Assembly: GCA_050247195.1 (NCBI GenBank)
Contig: JBFWUP010000001.1
Coordinates: 661,687 to 725,686 of the forward strand
Reading direction: 5' to 3'
DNA from: Candidatus Melainabacteria bacterium
GTDB lineage: Bacteria; Cyanobacteriota; Vampirovibrionia; Vampirovibrionales; Vampirovibrionaceae
DNA length: 64,000 nt
The notes under the pieces are model-generated. The model had not been told where the DNA came from. It searched no databases and saw only the letters and a list, made by a program, of their open reading frames with translations. Of the stretch, positions 30,555 to 40,430 are shown in pieces. Made by a program: the position numbers and the translations under genes. Positions within the stretch are counted from its first letter, which is position 1; the number at the start of each line of letters is the position of its first letter.

Positions 30555-32870
30555 TCAGGCGACCTTTCCTGCAAACGGATTGGCAGTCAGGCTGGCGCGT
30601 ACTGCATCCAGTGCCTCTTTGACATCCAGGGCCACCTGACCGTCGGCGGTCGGATCACCGGTGCTGATCAGAATTTCCTTGATCTTCTGGAAGGGGAGTG
30701 CCGGGTTCAGCTCTTTCATCATGGCAACCACACCACTGAGCGCCGGGGCGGCAAATGATGTGCCGGCAATGGCGCCATTGCCGTTCAGGGCATCCTGCGG
30801 ATCTACGGTGATGGCGTAACCGCTGGTGGCAATATCGCCTTTGGCGGAGTAAACAGCCGTAGTGTCGTCAGTGGCATCCTGTGTCCCTCTGGGATTCAGG
30901 GCCCCGACAGTAATGACGTTCTCGCTGCGGCCCAGGAAATTTCTGTCCTGACCATCCACGGCGCCGAATGCTTTGGCGATTTCCGCGCCATTGCCTGCTG
31001 AAACGACAACCACTGTGCCGTTATCAGCCACGGATTTGGCGGCGGCATCAAAATCCTTCAGGCCTGTGGTCACCATACCGTCAGCAGTCACCTGCAACAC
31101 ACGGTTCAGTTTCAGGTCGCCATCTCCGTGGAGTTCGCCGATCAGATCGGGGCGACCTTCAATACCGACAAAGGTGCCGCCGAGGCTTTCCAGAATCGGC
31201 GCATTTTCACGCAGGAAGGCATCCTTGGCGGCCATCTGGGCTTCATTGATCCACATGGTTTCCTGAGCCGCCGGCAGGCTGTCAGTCATATCCTCACCGT
31301 TGAGAATGCGGCGGTCCCCTTTGAGGACCACCAGGTCATCAAAATTCAGGGGCTCTGCGGCATCCTGCATTCTGGCCGCATCGGAGGCGAAAGCACCGTC
31401 CACAAACTCGCGTATCCTGGCGCGTTTTTCATCGGCAGTCAGTTCCGCCGTGGCATCGCCAAACACCTGTTCGCGCATGCTGGCGCGTAAGTTGTTTACT
31501 TTGGTGATCCGCGCGGTTTCCGCATCCAGGGTCGCTTTCAGGTCATCGGCGTTGGGAATCGTGATCTGATCGCCCAGACTCTCGGTGATGGTTTTCAGCA
31601 TATCGCCGATTTCCGGTGGCAGTTCGGTGCCGTCCGGAAGATTGAGTTCGCTCACGTCGCCATTTTTAATGGCATTCAGCACCTTCCCGATCTCCTCGGG
31701 TGTTGCCTGGGATCCTTCAGGCAGAACCTCATCAGGTTCGGCCAGTTCGGCTTCCAGTTTCAGGTAGAATTCGGCGTTGCTGACGCCATAGGACATGTTG
31801 ATGATATCGGGATCATCAGCCGGGTCAGCCGCATCGGCGCCGGCGCCAATGGTGCGCAGGTTGTCGGCGGCAAAATGCAGGCTGTCTGCCACGCTGGCCT
31901 GCAGCTCGGCTTTCAGATCAATCGTATCCGGTAATTCATCAGCGGACAGTTTTTCAATAAAGAACAGATTGGTGGATGGGTCGGGCGGTTCCAGTTCCGG
32001 GTTGACCACCGGCATCGCCCGGGTCACGGTGGCGTCTTTCGCAATGCTGGAGACGACTTTACCGGTAGCCCCGATGTGAATCAGGCCATCTTCATTGGAA
32101 ATCGGGTCAGTTTCGTCTGACACCATTTCGTTCATCACCACCCGGACACCTTTGCCGGTGGGTGTGGATGGGTCAGCCAAGAGGTCTTTGTTGAGTGCGT
32201 CAAACGTGTTGCTGCTGGCGTAGCTTCCCTCCCCCTGTACAAGTTCACCGCCCAGCGGGTCGTTTCGGCGGCGGATGATCATCGGGACTTCATCGGCAAA
32301 CAGGTTGCCGGTTTTATCGCCGAACGTGTAATTTCCGTTGCCGTCCACACGGCCGATGGTGCTGGGCTTGCCGTCGGGCGAGGTCATAAAATCCTGGCTG
32401 ATTAGATAGCCATCCTGATCGCCGTCATTGTCTTCATCCGTGCTTTCAGTATTTTTACTGCTCAGCGTGTTCTGTATGGACACGCCCTGGCCGTCAATAA
32501 TGGCAAAACCTTCCAGGCCGGGGGGGCCAAGCAGGGCTTCCAGAATTTTGTCGGTGCTTGATTTGGGCTTCTCTTCGGCCGGATCGGCAGGTTGCTCTGC
32601 CGGCGTTTCAGCTGCCGGATCCGCAGGCGCTTCTGCAGGCGCGTCAGCAGCCGCCGCCTCATCCGGGACGGGTTCACCGGTATCGGCGGCAGTGGATACG
32701 TTGTCTCCGTTCAGCCCCAATGGGTCGTCAATGGACACACTGTCAGACGGGGTGGGTTCCGGCGCGGGCGGCGGAGTCGGTGTGGTCTCGGCCGGGGTCG
32801 TTTCGGCCAGCGTGCTGAAAGGTTTCTCAACCGCTGTCGTACTCAGGGATCCGGCTAAACCAACGCTCAT
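30555..32870 (-). CDS. S8 (subtilase)-family protease with acidic Pro/Ala-rich N-terminus and a large internal insertion
   Basis: GKGVRV, DIINMSYG, VVVSAGNG, ITVGA and GTSFAAP motifs; no Sec signal peptide. Confidence 0.8.
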   Translation of the reverse strand: MSVGLAGSLSTTAVEKPFSTLAETTPAETTPTPPPAPEPTPSDSVSIDDPLGLNGDNVSTAADTGEPVPDEAAAADAPAEAPADPAAETPAEQPADPAEEKPKSSTDKILEALLGPPGLEGFAIIDGQGVSIQNTLSSKNTESTDEDNDGDQDGYLISQDFMTSPDGKPSTIGRVDGNGNYTFGDKTGNLFADEVPMIIRRRNDPLGGELVQGEGSYASSNTFDALNKDLLADPSTPTGKGVRVVMNEMVSDETDPISNEDGLIHIGATGKVVSSIAKDATVTRAMPVVNPELEPPDPSTNLFFIEKLSADELPDTIDLKAELQASVADSLHFAADNLRTIGAGADAADPADDPDIINMSYGVSNAEFYLKLEAELAEPDEVLPEGSQATPEEIGKVLNAIKNGDVSELNLPDGTELPPEIGDMLKTITESLGDQITIPNADDLKATLDAETARITKVNNLRASMREQVFGDATAELTADEKRARIREFVDGAFASDAARMQDAAEPLNFDDLVVLKGDRRILNGEDMTDSLPAAQETMWINEAQMAAKDAFLRENAPILESLGGTFVGIEGRPDLIGELHGDGDLKLNRVLQVTADGMVTTGLKDFDAAAKSVADNGTVVVVSAGNGAEIAKAFGAVDGQDRNFLGRSENVITVGALNPRGTQDATDDTTAVYSAKGDIATSGYAITVDPQDALNGNGAIAGTSFAAPALSGVVAMMKELNPALPFQKIKEILISTGDPTADGQVALDVKEALDAVRASLTANPFAGKVA

Positions 32871-33127
32871 ACAAGTTCTCCTTCTCGGGTATCCTGTCTC
32901 AGGGGTTTCGGCCTATTCAACCCAAGGCCCGCAACCGCAAAGCGCAAGTCCACGGTCAGGTGGTTTGGCCAAACGCGTTTTTCAAATTCTCTCTCGGGGT
33001 CGGGTCAGGCTGGGGATGTGTGCTCATTCCGGCAGGAAAAACCTGCTTTAATAATAAAAACAAACATAAGATGAAAATTGCTTGGCGCTGGATCAGACAC
33101 AATACCGATATCACCGGGATATCAACC

Positions 33128-33784
33128 TCAGCGGTTGTGGCCGATTTTACCCTGGGCGACGTTATTGCGCGTGAGCGCCATGTTGACCAGGTTGACCATG
33201 ATGCCCAGTGTGGCGACGGTGGCCACCATGCCGGCCAGCATGTTCAGCTGCCGGTATTTCATGGCGCCCTCAATCCGGCGCACCAGATCCTCGGCTTCCG
33301 GGGTATGGAGGCCAGTGTTTTTAATCTGCCGCAGCCGGTCGGTCAGCTGCTCCTTGGTGGTGGTGGAATAGCGTGCTGCCGGGTTAATCCGCCAGGAAAG
33401 GCGTCTGAGGGAGGCCATCCTCCCTGTTCCCTGCGGCATGGGTTTTTCGTGGCGCAACAGCTCGCGGTAGCGGGCCGGGGTGGCCAGCCCGATGAACAGG
33501 CGCGAAAGAATGGGGATGGTGAACAGATAGAAGAAATAGCCCAGGCCGTCGCGCAGAATGTGCTCTCTGGCCTCGTTATAGCTGCGGATGGCGCCTGCGG
33601 CGATCCGCGAGAAAATCATACCGGCATAGACCACGCCCACCTGTTTGGCGGTAATGTTGCCGCCGTGGGTGAACGCGTCAAAATCAAACCGGGAGAGAAC
33701 CCGCCCGGGGCGCAGGGTTTCCGCCATGGATTCAAAGGGCTGGCTGCTCAGACCAAAGGTGGGTGACTGGACGGGACGAATCAT
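33128..33784 (-). CDS. Hypothetical membrane protein, paralog 1 of four-gene cluster
   Basis: N-terminal SPTFG; SR-x6-R...EHILRD followed by TM; C-terminal TM; overlaps upstream gene by 4 nt. Confidence 0.75.
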   Translation of the reverse strand: MIRPVQSPTFGLSSQPFESMAETLRPGRVLSRFDFDAFTHGGNITAKQVGVVYAGMIFSRIAAGAIRSYNEAREHILRDGLGYFFYLFTIPILSRLFIGLATPARYRELLRHEKPMPQGTGRMASLRRLSWRINPAARYSTTTKEQLTDRLRQIKNTGLHTPEAEDLVRRIEGAMKYRQLNMLAGMVATVATLGIMVNLVNMALTRNNVAQGKIGHNR

Positions 33785-35085
33785 GATGCGGGCACTCCTT
33801 CCGGCTGACGGGCAGAGGCCTTTTTCAGATCAAACAGCTGAAAGGCGGTGGGTTTGTGGAATGAGGGATCCAGTGGGCGGGTTTCCGTCGGTTTGGCGCG
33901 GATAATGGGCAGGCTGCTTTTACCTTTGGTCAGCGTCGGCTGGGCGCCCACCATGTCGCCGGGAAAGAAGACTTTGCCGCCGTTCTCGTGTTTGGTAATC
34001 AGGATATTCACAAAGGCCACACTCATGGCGGCAATGCTGGTAACCGCCAGGGCCACCTTGGTTTGCCAGGTTTTGGCCACCATGGCGTGTATCAGGGAGC
34101 CATCGCCGACGCGGGGGATGAACTTACGCACAAAACCACCGGCGGACCGCAGAAACAGCCGGTCGTGAACCAGCCGGCCGGCCGCCTCGCTCAGGGGTTC
34201 GGTGGCGGACAGCCCGGTAAAGGCCCGGCTGAGATGCACATCATCAAAACGGAACGCTTCGCTGAGCAGGTGGGCGAGCGAGGCTTCTTCGCGGTGCAGC
34301 AGGCCGGCCCCGGCCCGGGTGGGCTGGTAGGTCATATTGACCGAGCTGCTGAGCCCGTGCTCCACGGCCACGGCATGGGCTTTGTGGGTCAGCGCCTTGT
34401 CTGTTTTCTGGCCTTCGCTCAGGTGAGCGAACAGGAAGCGCCGCAGGCCTTTCAACTCCTGGCCGAGTTTGCTGGCTTCTTCGCCGGTGGCGCCGGCCAT
34501 CAGCTGGTCCACCAGTTGGCTGACGCCGGTTCCGTCGAGCCGGGCATCGGTCTGAAACCGTTTGGCGGCTTCAGGCAGCAGGCGGTTAATGGTCTGTGTG
34601 TTCTGAGGATCGGCCGCCTGCAGGCTGGCGGCAAAGCGGGTATAAAAGTTGCGCCGGATGTCTTGCGGGCTGCCGCCATCCTTCAGCGCATCCTCAAACA
34701 TATTGGCCAGCACATGCATGCTGTTGGCGTTAATCCAGCGCGACAGGTCCAGACCATAGGGATTGACCAGGCGGCTGTTGCGGATCATGCGCGTTGCCAG
34801 CCAGCTGGTGTGGGCCAGCATGAAGGACAACGAGTAAAAACCGCTGAACTCGCGGATGGCCACTTCCTGCCCGTCGGCCTTACCGCGCATCAGGAAAGCC
34901 AGCAGGGTCCGCGGGCCCACCATGCCCATCAGATCGGCAGCCACCAGCTGCGCGTACTGGTTTCCGTCCAGCACACTCAGGGCTTTGGGCAGCAGGCCAG
35001 CGCCCGCCCCGGCAAATTGGGGCGATGGGTTCAAACGGGTTTTCTCCCCGCCAACGGACATTGATACTGGTAACAATGGACTCAC
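33781..35085 (-). CDS. Hypothetical membrane protein, paralog 2 (start uncertain: 35148, 35085 or 35061)
   Basis: SPQFAG near N-terminus; PR-x7-R...EVAIRE followed by TM; C-terminal TM. Confidence 0.75.
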   Translation of the reverse strand: MSPLLPVSMSVGGEKTRLNPSPQFAGAGAGLLPKALSVLDGNQYAQLVAADLMGMVGPRTLLAFLMRGKADGQEVAIREFSGFYSLSFMLAHTSWLATRMIRNSRLVNPYGLDLSRWINANSMHVLANMFEDALKDGGSPQDIRRNFYTRFAASLQAADPQNTQTINRLLPEAAKRFQTDARLDGTGVSQLVDQLMAGATGEEASKLGQELKGLRRFLFAHLSEGQKTDKALTHKAHAVAVEHGLSSSVNMTYQPTRAGAGLLHREEASLAHLLSEAFRFDDVHLSRAFTGLSATEPLSEAAGRLVHDRLFLRSAGGFVRKFIPRVGDGSLIHAMVAKTWQTKVALAVTSIAAMSVAFVNILITKHENGGKVFFPGDMVGAQPTLTKGKSSLPIIRAKPTETRPLDPSFHKPTAFQLFDLKKASARQPEGVPAS

Positions 35086-35352
35086 CGGTCTGCAAAGCTC
35101 ACAGGGTGCAGAAGCGTTGGGAATACAGGAATACTGCGATTGTGACAAGAAGGTATTACAACAAATAAACTCCCCCCATGGAAGAAGTTGCGGGTCTGCG
35201 GGCGGGTTTGTTACAAAGGCGGGATGTCCAGAGTATTGACGCCAGTGACTTCACAAAATGAAACAATGTATCACAATTTAATCTTTTACAGCGTAATACT
35301 ATTGAGCGCATCTGTGCCTGTACTGCTTTACCAACCCAGACCCGCCTCCGGT

Positions 35353-36522
35353 ATGACCGTTCACGCCTTATCCCAGATTACCCGCGCCCCGGCACCATTG
35401 CCGCCGGGGCGTTTAAATGCGCCGCCGCCCGCCCAGGCCAGCAGAACGCCGGCTCCGGTGACGTTCGGCTTGTCCGGCCAGCAGGTCACCAATACGTTGA
35501 TTCCTGTGTTTCAGAAAATCAATGAGCAGTATGTCTGGGGCTTTCTCGCTGTGGATGCCCTGGCTTTCTGGATGATGCGGACCGTGGGCGGCCTGATTCG
35601 CGGTCGTGAGAAATATGATGCCCGCCAGGACCCCACCAATCAGAATCTGTCGCCTTTTCAGCTGATGCGAAAATCGCTCCAAAAAAATGCCACTGGTCTC
35701 AACTGGGGTTTTGCCGGTGAGGAGATGATCCGCGAATCCCTGACGGCGCCCCTAAGCTTTTGTATTCCCGCTTCCGTGATGGGTGTGGCCGCCGGTCGTT
35801 CCTTTAAATCAGCAGTGGGTCTGGGGTATCACCCCATGACGAATCTGAAGAATACCTGGGTGCATCAGCTCAGGCAGCGCAGCACACCGCTGAGCGAGGA
35901 GGGAATGCGCGATCATCTGAAACAGTTTGTGGAAGAACTCCTGACCCGGGGCGAACCCGATTTACTGTCGCTGAAAACCTCGTCCGGAAAACCGTTCTCC
36001 AGGGTGGTGAAGCAGTGGGCAGACGACTGGTCGGCGCTGGTGGCCGAGCACCTGAATGACGCGGCGCTTGGGCTGAAATCCGATCGCGAGGCGCGTAAAA
36101 TTCTGGATGCCAGGCTGGAAACTCTGAATGGACGCCTGCAAACCGTACTGATTGAAGAGTTCAACCGGGTGCATCACCTGGGTGACAGGCTTTACCGGCC
36201 GGAATACCTGAATGTGGGCGTGGTGGAAAACGGTCAGTGGACGCGTCTGGAACAGCCTATTCAGCAGACCCTGGATCAGCTGATCCGTTTTAAAGATTTT
36301 ATGGCGGCAGCTCTGCCGCAGCAACAACGCAACCCGGGTATTCCGCTGGCGGAACTGGTTGAGAAAAGTTACCGCAAACTCGTGGGTCTCAAGTTTGGCT
36401 TTGGCCTGCTGGCGGCCAGTACCGTCCTGATGATGCTCAGTGTGGTGCCGAAGATCTCTCAGCACAGCAAACGTTACCCGGCCAATCGTCTCTACTATAA
36501 CCAGGGTGGGCAGCCGGCATGA
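35353..36522 (+). CDS. Hypothetical membrane protein, paralog 3 (probable start ATG 35353)
   Basis: Pro-rich N-terminus ending PVTFG; MR-x6-R...EEMIRE followed by hydrophobic segment; C-terminal TM. Confidence 0.75.
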   Translation: MTVHALSQITRAPAPLPPGRLNAPPPAQASRTPAPVTFGLSGQQVTNTLIPVFQKINEQYVWGFLAVDALAFWMMRTVGGLIRGREKYDARQDPTNQNLSPFQLMRKSLQKNATGLNWGFAGEEMIRESLTAPLSFCIPASVMGVAAGRSFKSAVGLGYHPMTNLKNTWVHQLRQRSTPLSEEGMRDHLKQFVEELLTRGEPDLLSLKTSSGKPFSRVVKQWADDWSALVAEHLNDAALGLKSDREARKILDARLETLNGRLQTVLIEEFNRVHHLGDRLYRPEYLNVGVVENGQWTRLEQPIQQTLDQLIRFKDFMAAALPQQQRNPGIPLAELVEKSYRKLVGLKFGFGLLAASTVLMMLSVVPKISQHSKRYPANRLYYNQGGQPA

Positions 36523-37754
36523 GCCTTCCTCTGACAGGTCAGCCGGTTCCCGGATACAACGCCGCTTCGGAAAGCCTCTTCCGCATGGCGCGGTGGTCTT
36601 ATGACACCATGCCGAAGAAACTGGACGCCTGGAAGCAGGCCACGCACAGCGCTGCGGATGCCAGTCAGGCCACCCGCATTGCCAATCGCCTGAAACGCGG
36701 GCCGTTGTGGTTGCTCGACAAAATGGTGCGGATCGATTATTCGGAATACGTGAAGCTGGGGAAGCTGAAATTTGCGCAACTGCCGCTGGGCTTTGTGATG
36801 ACGACCTTCTTCCTGGGCACCATGGTGCCCCGGTCTTACCAGGCCATTAAGCGATCCAAGGATCACGATTTCTCCGAAGTGGGCGATATTGTGCGCCGGG
36901 ATCTGGTGGCGGTGACCTGCCTGATTTTCCTGCTGGACATTGTGAAAAAGTACGTTAATAAACTCAAACAGCCGGCCGATGGCATCCGTAACCTTTTTCA
37001 TCCCTTGCAGGGCGAGGAGCAGGTGCTGACTTACAGCCAGCGCGCCCGGGTGTTTCGCATGGACAGCCCCGAGGCCATCTACGAGATGGCCCGCCAGGGC
37101 AACACGGGCGGGATGTCGCGGGCTGTGGACAAGGCTCTGAAATCCTGGCGCAAGCAGATTGGCGATCAGTTCCCAGAAGTCCAGGGGCATCTGGATGCCG
37201 TGGAACAGCAGCTGAAGAACCTGGTGGGCGCTGTCAAGACCGGCGCTGCCGGTGACAGCGATACGGCCGCACGCAAGGCAGCCGAAGCCCTGTTCGAGCA
37301 CATCCGCGTTCTGGATACATTCCGTACGGCGCAGATGGACAATACGGTCTTTGGTCGCAAGGCGGTTGATAAACTCTCCCGCATGCTGCCGGAACTGGGC
37401 AACGTGGTGGTGAACTACGCCAAGTCCCGCAAGCTGCCGGGTGATATTTTTGGTTATCTGTTTACCGTGGGGTTTGTGGGTTTTCTGCCGGTCTGGTTTA
37501 ACAACTACTGGAACCGTCGCAAGTTTGAGCGGAAGGCGTCCGAAGGGGTTTTTCCCATCCAGCCGCCGGCAAACACCCAGCCCCCCAAAGCACCGGTCCC
37601 GTCGGCGCCGTCAGTTACTGGCGGATTGAGCCCGGTGGGTCTGCCGGGCCTGCAACCGCCTCAGTCGCCTCCTGTGGAGCAGAATGCGCGTCAGGTGTAT
37701 GCTGCCCTCAGGCAGTCTTCCCGGCCCTATATGGCGCAGCAGCAGGTACGCTGA
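36519..37754 (+). CDS. Hypothetical membrane protein, paralog 4
   Basis: PR-x6-R...DIVRRD followed by TM; C-terminal TM and Pro/Gln-rich tail; ATGA overlap with paralog 3. Confidence 0.75.
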   Translation: MSLPLTGQPVPGYNAASESLFRMARWSYDTMPKKLDAWKQATHSAADASQATRIANRLKRGPLWLLDKMVRIDYSEYVKLGKLKFAQLPLGFVMTTFFLGTMVPRSYQAIKRSKDHDFSEVGDIVRRDLVAVTCLIFLLDIVKKYVNKLKQPADGIRNLFHPLQGEEQVLTYSQRARVFRMDSPEAIYEMARQGNTGGMSRAVDKALKSWRKQIGDQFPEVQGHLDAVEQQLKNLVGAVKTGAAGDSDTAARKAAEALFEHIRVLDTFRTAQMDNTVFGRKAVDKLSRMLPELGNVVVNYAKSRKLPGDIFGYLFTVGFVGFLPVWFNNYWNRRKFERKASEGVFPIQPPANTQPPKAPVPSAPSVTGGLSPVGLPGLQPPQSPPVEQNARQVYAALRQSSRPYMAQQQVR

Positions 37755-37786
37755 CCGACTCCCGCCAGGCATTTCTGTGGCCGGCC

Positions 37787-39154
37787 TTACTTTTTCTGGC
37801 TCCGTTCCAGGTGCACCAGGTTGCTGCGCGCCTGCTCATGCATGGCGTCAATACTGAGCACTTTTTTATACATGGCCATGGCTTTGTTGTATTGCTTTTG
37901 CCGCTCCAGCGCCACGCCCAGGTTGTAAATGGCGTCAGCGAAATTCGGATCGGCCTTAATGCACCGCGTCAGGTAGTCAACGGCTTTGTCCATATCGCCG
38001 CGCACCCCGTACAGTGACCCCAGTGCGAAGTTGGCGTTCACGTGCTCGGGATCTTTGGCCAGCACTTTTTCATAATAGTCCACAGCTTCGCCAAACTGTC
38101 CTGTCTGGTCAGCGATGACGCCCAGTTCGTAGAGACTGGCGAGATCATCGGGCAGCAGCGCGATAACGGATTTAAAGTTGCGGGCGGCTTTTTCCAGGTT
38201 GTTTTCTGCCATGTAGGCTTTGCCCAGGTTGAAGTAGATGTCCGGGTTGTGCTCGTCGTAGGAGAGGGCCTCCTTGTAATTCTGGAGCGCCGCCACGTTG
38301 TCGCCGGCATCAAACAGACGGACCCCCTCATTACAGAGGGCGGCTGCAAACTGGCTGCGGAGTTCCTGGTTGTCAGCCAGCGCGTCTTCCGACTGCATAA
38401 TGGGACGGATGTACTGAATCGCTTCCAGATACAGGCCTTCAGCCAGCGCCATGCGCCCCAGGTGGCAGTCAAACAGAAAGCGGTCCTCGGGAAACAGACG
38501 GCTCAGCTGGGTAAACGCCTCGCGGGCTTCCTCGGTTCGGTTGGCTTTATACAGGTGCTCGGCGTACGCCATGCGGATCTTCTTGTCGGCGCGTTGCGTG
38601 TCAATCAGATGTTTCAGGATGGGCAGCGTGTCCTGATAGCGTTCCAGCTGCGCGAGAATCTTGAGTTTCAGTTTGATGGAAGGCTCATGGCCTGCCTGAA
38701 CGGCCAGCCCGCCATCCAGAAATTCCAGGGCTTTCTCCGGCTTGTTCTGCAGCATGCCCAACCGCGCCAGCTCATAATACGCCTCGACCTGCTCGGGGTT
38801 GAGCTTGATGACCTGCCGGAAGTAGACCTCGGCGTTGGCGGGATCTTCCTTCTGCAGGTATACCCGACCAATTTTGAAGTGCAGCGCGGGATCCACGTTG
38901 TTGATTTTCATGGCCATCTGAAAATGACGCATGGCTTTGTCATACTCATAACTGCTGAGGTACTGATTGCCCCGGTTAATGTGGCCGTGATAATCCAGCA
39001 CCTCCTCGGGTTCCGGGGGCTCTTCCGGGCTGTCGGACATTTCTTTGCCCAGCACCCGCGAGGCCGTCGGGTTGGTCATCACCACCCAGACCACCACCAG
39101 GATGACCACCAGCAGCAGCAGCAATGCAATCGGGGATTCGAATAAACCGTTCAA
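37787..39154 (-). CDS. Membrane-anchored multi-TPR protein
   Basis: N-terminal TM (LLLLVVILVVVWVV) followed by about 10 TPR-like repeats. Confidence 0.9.
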   Translation of the reverse strand: MNGLFESPIALLLLLVVILVVVWVVMTNPTASRVLGKEMSDSPEEPPEPEEVLDYHGHINRGNQYLSSYEYDKAMRHFQMAMKINNVDPALHFKIGRVYLQKEDPANAEVYFRQVIKLNPEQVEAYYELARLGMLQNKPEKALEFLDGGLAVQAGHEPSIKLKLKILAQLERYQDTLPILKHLIDTQRADKKIRMAYAEHLYKANRTEEAREAFTQLSRLFPEDRFLFDCHLGRMALAEGLYLEAIQYIRPIMQSEDALADNQELRSQFAAALCNEGVRLFDAGDNVAALQNYKEALSYDEHNPDIYFNLGKAYMAENNLEKAARNFKSVIALLPDDLASLYELGVIADQTGQFGEAVDYYEKVLAKDPEHVNANFALGSLYGVRGDMDKAVDYLTRCIKADPNFADAIYNLGVALERQKQYNKAMAMYKKVLSIDAMHEQARSNLVHLERSQKK

Positions 39155-39287
39155 AAAAGCACTTTCCGCAATACAACGCCCGGCACAGGCCTGAAGACGG
39201 GTGGCCAGCCTGGAGTTGGTATGATACTGACAATATTATACTTTTTTTTCACCTTCGTTTTACCGTTTCACTGTCTGGCGCCCGTCC

Positions 39288-40430
39288 ATGTCCCCGCCCC
39301 CCCCGCAAAACCGAATCCTGATCAGTCGTCTCAGTGCGCACGGGGACGTGGTGCAGACCCTGCCGCTCGTCACAGCCCTGAAAGCCTGGGATCCCCACTG
39401 TTCGGTCGGTTGGCTGGTGGAAGCCAGCGCCGCGCCGCTGCTGGCGGATCATCCGCTGATTGACCGGCTGCATATCAGCGAAAGGAAGCGCTGGCTCGCT
39501 TCCTGGCGTCATCCCACCCAGTGGGGAGACAGCCTGAACGGTTTCCGTCGTTTACTGCAGGGCCTGCGCGAGGCGCAGTACACACACAGCCTGGATGTGC
39601 AGGGTCTGCTGAAAAGCGCGGTTCTGCCCTGGCTGGTGGGGATTCCCAACCGGTACGGCAATGCCGGGGCCCGGGAAGGGGCGGCGCGTTTCTACAACCA
39701 CTGCCTGCCACCCCATGCCCATACCAGCACCACGGCGCCTGCCGTGTGCCAGTACCTGCGTTTTGCCGAGGCGCTCCGCGCCGGGAGCGCTGAGGCGCCT
39801 GTACCCTCGTGGAATGATGCCGCCGGGTGGCGTATCCCGCCGCCAACCTCGGAAACCGTCTCGCGGGTGAACCGACTGCTGGCTGATATTCCAGAGAACA
39901 AGCCTGTGATCGCCCTGGCGCCGGGAACCATGTGGGTCAGCAAGCATTGGCATGCGCCTTACTGGGGCCGCCTGTTGAAGGAACTGCTGGATCTGGAGGT
40001 CACCCTGATTCTGCTGGGAGGGCCTTCGGAGTCGGATCGTGTGCTGAATGAAGCGATGACCCGGACCCTGACCGAGGCCGAAGCGGATCGCGTGTGGAAT
40101 CTCTGCGGTAAAACGGAGCTGGCGGATCTGTACCGGCTGTTTCAGCGCGTGGATGTGCTGGTGGCTCCTGACAGCGCGCCGATGCACATTGCCAACGCGG
40201 CCGGCCGGCCCCGCATTGTCGGGTTGTTTGGCCCCACCTCGCCGCTGAGGACGGGACCTCTGGGTGAGGGCCATGTCTCGCTGAGTACCGCTCTGGACTG
40301 TCAGCCCTGCTTCCGTAAGCGCTGCCCCCTCCCGGCGCAGCAGTGCATGACGGAGATCACCCCGGCCATGGTTCTGCAGGCGGTGCAGCCCCTGCTGAAC
40401 GCCCGGCCCATGGGAGCGCCGCATGGCTGA
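39288..40430 (+). CDS. GT9 LPS heptosyltransferase (WaaC/WaaF-like)
   Basis: RLSAHGDVV, SLDVQGLLKSA, APDSAPMHIA and GLFGPT motifs. Confidence 0.92.
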   Translation: MSPPPPQNRILISRLSAHGDVVQTLPLVTALKAWDPHCSVGWLVEASAAPLLADHPLIDRLHISERKRWLASWRHPTQWGDSLNGFRRLLQGLREAQYTHSLDVQGLLKSAVLPWLVGIPNRYGNAGAREGAARFYNHCLPPHAHTSTTAPAVCQYLRFAEALRAGSAEAPVPSWNDAAGWRIPPPTSETVSRVNRLLADIPENKPVIALAPGTMWVSKHWHAPYWGRLLKELLDLEVTLILLGGPSESDRVLNEAMTRTLTEAEADRVWNLCGKTELADLYRLFQRVDVLVAPDSAPMHIANAAGRPRIVGLFGPTSPLRTGPLGEGHVSLSTALDCQPCFRKRCPLPAQQCMTEITPAMVLQAVQPLLNARPMGAPHG

